In this document: positions 24,201 to 33,200 of the stretch, piece after piece | Position numbering within the stretch: position 1 is the stretch's first letter | Layout: each line of letters starts with the position of its first letter | Source of the DNA: Leucoraja ocellata | Taxonomy: Eukaryota | Direction of reading: 5' to 3' | Assembly: GCA_036785375.1 (NCBI GenBank) | Contig: JAWMAR010000007.1 | Coordinates: 124,001-188,000, forward strand | Length of the DNA stretch: 64,000 nt | Program-made: the position numbers and the translations under genes | Notes under the pieces: generated by a model | Told to the model about the DNA's origin: nothing | The model's database searches: none | Seen by the model: only the letters and a program-made list of their open reading frames with translations

Positions 24201-27200
24201 GTTTCAGTGATATATATTAAACTCACCAGAACCTTTCAAACGGAGTATCCTAATGATGCTATTGTATCAATTGTCAAAAATACAACTTTCTACGGGGTTT
24301 GATATATTTTTTACCTGCATACATAGATGGCGAGAGTGGATATCTCAAACCCAATGCTTCCTCTGTGAAACAGTCAACAAAATCTTCCAGCATCTGCAGA
24401 CCATATCCCTTCCCACGGTGCTTCTTCCTCACAAAGATGGTGTCCAGGACAGGCAGCCGGTAGCACCGAGTCAGGAAGGCTTGACACTTGCTTCCTATAG
24501 AGTAAAATGATAATAATGGTTGTGATTAATTATTGTCACCTGTACTGAGGTATTAGCAAAAGGCTTTGTTTTGCATGCTATCCAAACAGATCAGATATGC
24601 TAGACCATAGATACAAAGATACAGTCACGTCAAAACTCATAAATAGGGCAGCATGGTGGCCCAGCTGGTAGAGCTGCTGCCTCGCAACCCCAGAGACCCA
24701 GGTTCAATCCTGACCTCGGGTGCTGTCTGTGCGGAGTTTACATGTTTGCCCTGTGACCGTGTTGGTTTCCTCCCACACTCTAAAGACGTGCAAGGTTTGT
24801 AGGTTCATTGGCCTCGGTAAATTGCCCCTAGTGTGTAGGGAGCGGATGAGAAAGTGAGATAACAGTGTGAACAGACATCGCTGGTCAGCGCACACTTGGT
24901 GAGCTGAAAGGCCCGTTTCCATGCTGTATCTTTGGGCTTTAGAGATACAACGCAGAAACAGCCCCTTGGGCCCATCGAGTCCGCACTGGTCAGCGATCAC
25001 CCCGTAAAATAACACCATCCTACACAGCAAGGACAATTTACAATTTTACCAAAGCCAATTAACCTACAAACCTGCAAGTGGTTGGAGCGCGGGAGGAAAC
25101 TGGAGCAAACCCATGTGGTCACAAGAGGAAGTAGAAACTCCATACAGACAGCACCAGTAGTCAGGATCAAACCCGGGTCTCTGATGCTATAAGGTAGCAG
25201 CTCTACCACTGCGCCGCCCCAAAAACTGTCTCTATACTAAACTAATTTGTTGCTTATCCAAATCCAATCAATTGTGCCACCTACTGCTCTTACAAAGGAG
25301 ACTAAAGACACAAGTTCCAAAAGAAAATTATAAATGTTCGACCTTGCCATCATACAGCAGCATCCCGCCTTGGTGATTTATAGAATGCAGAGTTTATCCC
25401 ACAAACCTCCACTCCACATTCCCTTAAGCAACAGACTGGTTCCACCCAAGGATCCGAACAGAACCAACACAATCAAACGTACAACCTTCTCCTCTGTTGT
25501 GGGTAGACCAGCTTCCCTTCGCCCCCCCCACCCACCCATCCCAAATCTTTGCACATCCACAATCCTTTCCACTCGTCACTTTAATTTTATGTTTCATGTA
25601 CCTTTTGTTTTTATGATTGTCGGCAGATCACTTTCCCTCCTGGGATAAATAAATTCCTATCGTATAGTATTGAAGCACATTAGTCATGGTAGCACTGACT
25701 CAGACTTGACGGGTCTGGAATGAGGTCCCAGCAGAAGGAGGACTGCTGCACAATACAGGGATGTGACATGGTTGTGCATTCAGGGGAGCTTTCAGTAATA
25801 CGAGGGAAAACCTCCTCTCAGCTAAAACATTGAACTCAGAATCTTCAGAATCCAGAAATGCTCAGGAAACAAGAGCGCCGGTAAAAAGAAAAAAAAGTGT
25901 TGGACCTGTACTGTACGAAACCCAAATAGTAGGTTGACACTAGCTACTGGTCTTCCATCTAAAGAAGGATAGGTGGACATTAACATCACACAATACAGAT
26001 ACCCAGCTTGGAGATACAACTACCATGGTTGTCATACTGATTGGCAAACAGGCACAGCTTTGGGATCAATAATGATGCACTCAGCAGCAATCTGTTTGAG
26101 AAAATGAGATGAAGGATGGTTAAAACATAAACGAGAGCAGAACCCACACATCACTCAGCATAAAAGGAGAAATAAAAACGACAAAGGCAGTAGGGATGGA
26201 ACGGGAGACGAGAGCGAGGGAACAGCTGATATTTTTTTGATAGAAGTACAAATCATAGTTGGGGGAGAAAAAGCATCTCAGAATCGTCTGAGCTTAGCAG
26301 ATGTGCCAATACCAGTTCTTTTAAAAGTCTGTCCAATTAGTTCACCTCCACTGCTCCTTACCCACAGCCCAACAACTGTTTCCCCTCCACTAGATACCGA
26401 CATCTCTATTTTGGAAGTTGCCATGGCAACTAGCTTCACTATTCTTTCATGTCGGACAATTCAATTAGAACAACGATCACCCCGTGCTATCACCTAGTTC
26501 TATCCTACACCTTACCTACGAACAATTTACAGAAGCCAATTGACCTACAAATTTTGGAATGTGGAAGGAAACCGGAGCAACCGGAGAAAACCCACATGGT
26601 CACACAGAGAACATACAATCTTCGTACAGACAGCACCCGTAGTCAGGATCAAACCCGGGTCTCTGGCGCTGTCAGGCAGCAACTCTACCGCTGCGCCACC
26701 GTGCCGTCCAATAAACCTTCCTGCCAATAAATTGCAACTTTAACATTACTCCGTTAAAGCTCATCACATTTTGAGCACATCTATTCTCAAGGAGAACAAT
26801 CCCAATATCCCCAGCCATCCCACAAAATATGACAACTGGGTACTGTTCTGAGAAATCTCCCCTACACCCTCACCTGCAGCGAATTGTCAATGCAGTTCAG
26901 CCAATCACAAAAACCAACCCTTCCATTGACTCCATTTATACCTCCCGCTGCCTCGGCAAGGCCAGCAGCATAATCAAGGACGAGTCGCATCCTGGCCACT
27001 CCTTCTTCTCCCCTCTCCTATCGGGCGAAAGGTATAGAAGTGTGAAAATGCACACAACCAGATTCAAGGACAGTTTCTTCCCAGCTGTTATCAGGCAACT
27101 GAATCATCCTACCACAACCAGAGAGCAGACCTGAACTACTATCTACCTTATTGGTTACCCTCAGACTTTCATCAGACTTTACTAGCTTTACCTTGCACCA

Positions 27201-30200
27201 AACGTTATTCCCTTATCATGTATCCGTACACTTGTGAATGGCTCGATTGTAATCGTGCATTGTCTTTCTGCTGACTGGTCAGCGCGCAACAAAAGCTTTT
27301 CACTGTACCTCGGTACACGTGACAATAAACTAAACTGTACAGCCTCGATTCTAGACATAGACGTAGAAAATAGGCGCAGGAGGAGGCCATTCGGCCCTTC
27401 GAGCCAGCATTGTGATCATGGCTGATCATGAGTGATCGCCCCCAATCAATAACTCGTGCCTGCCTTCTCCCCAAATCCCTTGATTTCTCTTAAATTCATC
27501 CAGGGATTTGGCCTCAACTGCCCTCTGTGGCACGCAATTCCACAAATTCACAACTCTCTGGGTGAAAATGTTTTTTCTCACCTCAGTCTTAAATGACCTC
27601 CCCTTTATTCTAAGACTGTGGCCCCTGGTTCTGGACTCGCCCAACATTGGGAACATTTTTCCTGCATGTAGCTTGTCCAGTCCTTTTATAATTTTATATG
27701 TTTCTATAAGATCCCCCCTCATCCTTCTAAACTCCAGTGAATACAAACCTAGTCTTTTCAATCTTTCCTCATATGACAGTCCCGCCATCCCAGGGATCAA
27801 TCTCGTGAACCTACGCTGCACTGCCTCAATCACAAGGATGTCCTTCCTCAGGAGACCAAAATTGTACGCAATACTCCAGATGTGGTCTTACCAGTGCCCT
27901 ATACAACTGCAGAAGAACCTCTCTACTCCTATACTGAAATCCTCTTGTTTTGAAGGCCACCATTCTATTAGCTTTCTTCACTGCCTGCTGTACCTGTAAG
28001 CCAACTTTCAGTGATCGGTGTACAAGGACACCCAGGTCTCGCTGTACCTCCCCCTTACCTAACCTAACCCCATTGAAATAATAATCTGCCCCCTTGTTTT
28101 TGCCACCAAAGTGGATAACCTCACATTTATCTATATTATACTGCATCTGCCACGCATCTGCCCACTCACTCAATCTGTCCAGGTCACCCTGCAACCTCCT
28201 AACATCCTCTTCACAGTTCACACTGCCACCCAGCTTTCTGTCATCCGCTAACTTGCTAGTGTTGCTCCTAATTCCCTCTTCCAAATCATTAATATACATG
28301 GTAAACAGTTGTGGCCCCAACACCGAGCCTTGCAGCACTCCACTCTCCACTGCCTGCCATTCTGAAAAGGACCCGTTTACTGCTACTCTTTGCTTCCTGT
28401 CTGTCAACCAATTTTCTATCCACGTCAACACCCTACCCCCAATACCATGTGATCTAATTTTAGTCACCAGTCTCCTGTGCGGGACCTTATCAAAGGCTTT
28501 CTGAAATTCTAGATACACTTCATCCATTTTAATTGTCACATCCTCAAAAAATTAGTCAAGCATGATTTCCCTTTCATAAATCCATGCTGACTTGGACTAA
28601 TCCTTTTACTGCTATCCAAATGCCCCATTATTACCTCTTTATTAATAGACTCCAGCATCTTTCCCACCACCAAAGTCAGGCTAACTGGTCTGTGATTCCC
28701 CGTTTTCTCTCTCGCTCCTTTCTTGAAAAGCAGGATAACCTTAGCTATCCTCCAATCCACAGGAACTGATCCTGAATCTATTGAATATTGGAAAATGATC
28801 ACCAATGCATCCACTATTTCTAGAGTCACCTAGTAATCATCCCGATCTCCAGCTACATACCTGTGGGTTTGATGGAGTAGAATCCAATTGCCTTCCCCGA
28901 CTTCCAGAGGATTTTTGCAAACTCAGCGGCGCCGTGGCAAAGGAAAGGGAGCTCATCAGCGTTCATTTCCTGGGCTCTGTAAATGATGCGATTCAAAATG
29001 TAGAGAACAATTCGCTCCCCAAGCGAAGTCACCTGTCGTGACACAAACATGGTAGAAAAGTTAACAAGCGACTGCATTTCAAAAGATAATTCATTACCAG
29101 AGCACAGTGGGCAGTAACCGTGTGGGTTTTCTCCAGGTGCTCCGGTTTTCTCACACATTCCAAAGACTTGGAAGTTTATAGGTTAATTGGCTTCTGTAAA
29201 TTGTCCCTAGGGTGTAGGATGCAAGGGGATCGCTGGTCGGCATGGAATCTGTGGGCTGAAGGGCCCGTTTCTGTGCTATATCTCTAAACTAAACTAAACT
29301 GCAGATGTTGGAATGTACGTGGAGAGAATCGTGACGTCGTAGAGACATACAGCATTGAAACAAGCCCTTCGGCCCAAAGTCCATGCCAACCAGCATGCCC
29401 CATCTACACTAGCCCCACCTACCAACGTTCGGTCCATATCCCTCTAAAGGGCCTGTCCCACTTTCACGATTTAATTCAAAACCTCAGCCGAGATTAAAGG
29501 AACTAAAAAAAAAAATCAAGATCGTGATAACCTACAAACTCCTACAACCTTCCACCACTATATTCACGAACTCCTACGAGTATGTCTACGAATTCCCACA
29601 ACTATTTCGATGCCCTCCATACGAGTAAAAAGTTGCAATTTCTTTCATCACCACCATTTTTTAACTTGTGGACATTTTTAAATCGGGCTGGAAAAAACCT
29701 CCCGACTTACCTGATGCCACGACTGCCTACGGCTAGCGTAACGATATATCTACAAACTCCTACGACCTCCTACGGACTCGTTACGAACATGCTGCGAGAT
29801 TGAATCAAGGCGAAAACTCTGGAGAATTTGTGAATTACCTTGTGAAAGTGGGACCGGCCCTTAACCCTTTAAGAATGCCCAATGTCTTGGCTTCCTCCAC
29901 CTTCCGTGGCAATGAATTGCACAGATTCACCACCCTCTGGTTGAAGAAATTTCCCCCTTGCAGAGCATGGTCTATTTTCTGAACAACTATCACAATAAAT
30001 GGAACCCTTGACCGTAACATTGTGATATCTAGATGAAGGCAATCTTTTTCAGCAAAATGCAGAGAGTGGAGGATGTTAGCATAATTGTTGCAAAATTAAT
30101 GCAAATCCCATTCTCCTGGCTTCCATTGTGATCATGGGAGAATCTAGCAACCCATATCAGTTCTGGCTGTTCCTTGCATTGACCTACGCAGCCTAAAATA

Positions 30201-33200
30201 TCAGTTCAATGTAATCGAGGTGCTTTAAAACATTTTAAACCAAGTCCGCGCTGACCAGCGATCACGCCATACACTAGACACTAACACCATCCTACATGCA
30301 AGAGACAATTTACAATTTACAGAAGCCAATTAACCTACAAACCTGTACATCCATGGAGTGTGGGAGAAAACCGGAGCACCTGGGAAAAACCCACGCGGTC
30401 ACGGGGAGAACGTACAGATAGTATCCATAGTCAGGATCGAACCCAGGTCCCTGACGCTGTAAGGCAGCAACTCTATAGCTGTACCACCATGCCATCCTTC
30501 AGATATATTGATATACTGCTAATTACCATACTGCAAGTCTTTTGTAAATCCATTAGTAGACATCCTCCTTGTCTGGTGTTACCCAGCAAATGGCGTTACG
30601 TCATTTTTTAAATTATGCTTTTTAATATCATGGGATCACGGAGACATTTATGGCCCGTCAGTAGCAAAAGACCTCTCCGGCCAAATGGATGCTTTCAGCA
30701 TTAGGTTAGAACCCTGCTGGTTGCAGCTCTTTACGTACACATTCAAGAAACCTTGCATCAAGAAAAAGAATTACCACTACCTAAAGAAAACTTCCACTAA
30801 TTTTTGAAAAATATTGCAAGCTTAAAATATGAAGAGTGTTAATTTACCTGCTGGAGACCCTGGCGGGATGACTCTGCAGTTTTTATGACATCATCTATTG
30901 CCCACCACCTGTCCGCGAGGTACAAAGCCACAGCTGGAAAAGGAAAGCAAGAGAGAATTGATGTTGGCCTCGTCTCAGCCCATTCAGTTTGTACACAAAC
31001 GGTTTAGTTTAGATTAGAGATACTGCGCAGAAACAGGCCCTACGGCCCACGAGTTCAGAGCGACCAGCGATCCCCGTACACTAACGCACTGCGGAGTAAT
31101 CACTGATTGGCGTGTACTCGGTGGTCTGAATGACCTGTTTCTGTGCTGTATCTATAAAGTCAAAATATACATATCCAATTCTGCTCCTATATCTTATGGA
31201 ACTGGGACCAAGTGCTGCAATGACTTGAAGTTGATCATGGACCTAGGAAATAGGATGCAGGATGCAGGAAAAATGTTCCCAATGTTGGTCGAGTCCAGAA
31301 CCAGGGGCCACAGTCTTAGAATAAAGGGGAGGTCATTTAAGACTGAGGTGAGAAAAAACTTTTTTAACCCAGAGAGCTGTGAATATATGGAATTCCCTGC
31401 CACAGAGGGCAGTGGAGGCCAAGTCACTGGATGGATTTAAGAGAGAGTTAGATAGAGCTCTTGGGGCTAGTGGAGTCAAGGGATATGGGGAGAAGGCAGG
31501 CACGGGTTATTGATAGGGGACGATCAGCCATGATCACAATGAATGGTGGTGCTGGCTCGGAGGGCCGAATGGTCTCCTCCTGAAACTAGTTTCTATGTTT
31601 CTATGTTTCTATGTTTCTAAACTACTTGAAGGACAAGAGAAAGTAGAGGGTTAAAAGAACAGACTGCAATTGAGTTTCTGTTTAGCTTAGTCTAGTTCAG
31701 AAATACAGTGCGGAAATAGGCCCTTCAGCCCATCAAGTGCATGCCAACCCGTTCACTCCACTATAGTATCCCACTTTCTCATCCTCTCCCTACACAGTAG
31801 GGACAATTTACAATTTTTACCAAAGCCAATTAACCTACCTACCTGTATGTATTTGGAGTTTGGGAGGAAGCCAGAGCACCCGGGAAAAACGCACGTGCTC
31901 ACAGGGAGAACGTACATACGCCGTACAGACAGCACCCGTAATCGGGATCAAGCCCTGGTCTCTGGCGCTGTAAGGAAATAACTCTACTGCTGCGCCACCG
32001 TGCTGCCCCACGTTCTATGGACTTTGGTCAAACGTTAAGTAGTCAACAAGTATTAGTGCAGGTGTCAGAGGGGTGATCCAGGAGAGGTGTTTAAAATCAT
32101 GAGCGGAATAGATAGGGTGAATGCACAGACTCAGTGGGGGAATCAAGAAACAGAAAATACAGGTTCTTTTTTTTAAATATTTTATTTTTATTAGAAGTAC
32201 AGTAAATTATAGTAATACATATATCTTATTACATTTGTTGTACCACTCCGTTTTTCGAGCTTTAAAAAAAGGTAGAAATAAAAGAAGTAGGGAAAGTGAG
32301 CAAGAATCGTGAAGGTGCAGGAAAGTGTTGAGAGAAGAAAGCCCCTTGGGGAAGAAGTTAGAGAAGGAAGTAAAGAAAGAAAATAGACCCTTGAAAGAAA
32401 AGAAAAAAAAGGAAAAACAATCGCTCTATTATAACACAAAACTCTGCAAAAAAAGGATATACCAACTGTGTTTTTTTTTTTAATTTTATACCCCCCCTTA
32501 CCAGATCCTGGTACCATTTATATTTTAAATTACTATTGCACCTTATGCTTGTGATAGTTCCATAAATGCAGACCACGTCTTTTGGAAGTGGTCTGCTTTG
32601 CCGGTTTGAAATCCACATTTTTATTGTTGGTATTGGAGCTTTTTTCCAAAATTTGAGTATAAGCTTTTTTCCCATTATTAGCCCGTAACTAAGTAAGGTT
32701 TTTTGAAACACGTTTAATTCGAGGTTACCTTCCGATATTCCAAAAATGATCCATTCTGCTTTTGGTACAAGTTTTATTTTAATTAATTTTGTGAAGATTT
32801 CAAATATTTAGTTCCAGAATTTTTGGATTTTTATACAAAAAACAAAAGAGTGCGCTATGGTAGCTTCTTGTGACTGACATTTATCACAAGTGGGTGAGAC
32901 ATTGAGGAAAAGTTTTTTTATTTTAGTTTTTGAATAATATAGTCTATGTAATGTTTTAAATTGAATTAGAGTATGTCGTACGTTGATCGAGCATTTATGC
33001 ACATATAGTAAGTGTTTATCCCAGCTCTCTTTTGAAAATTTTATAGCTAGTTCTTGTTCTCAGTCTCTTCTAATACCATCGGTTGTAGGTATTTCTATAT
33101 TTAAAATAATGTTGTATAAGTATTTGCTGATTCAGCCTTTGTCTTCATGGCTTCATCCATGGCTATAAGTCTGGGGGCATATTATGATAGTCTTTTGTGT

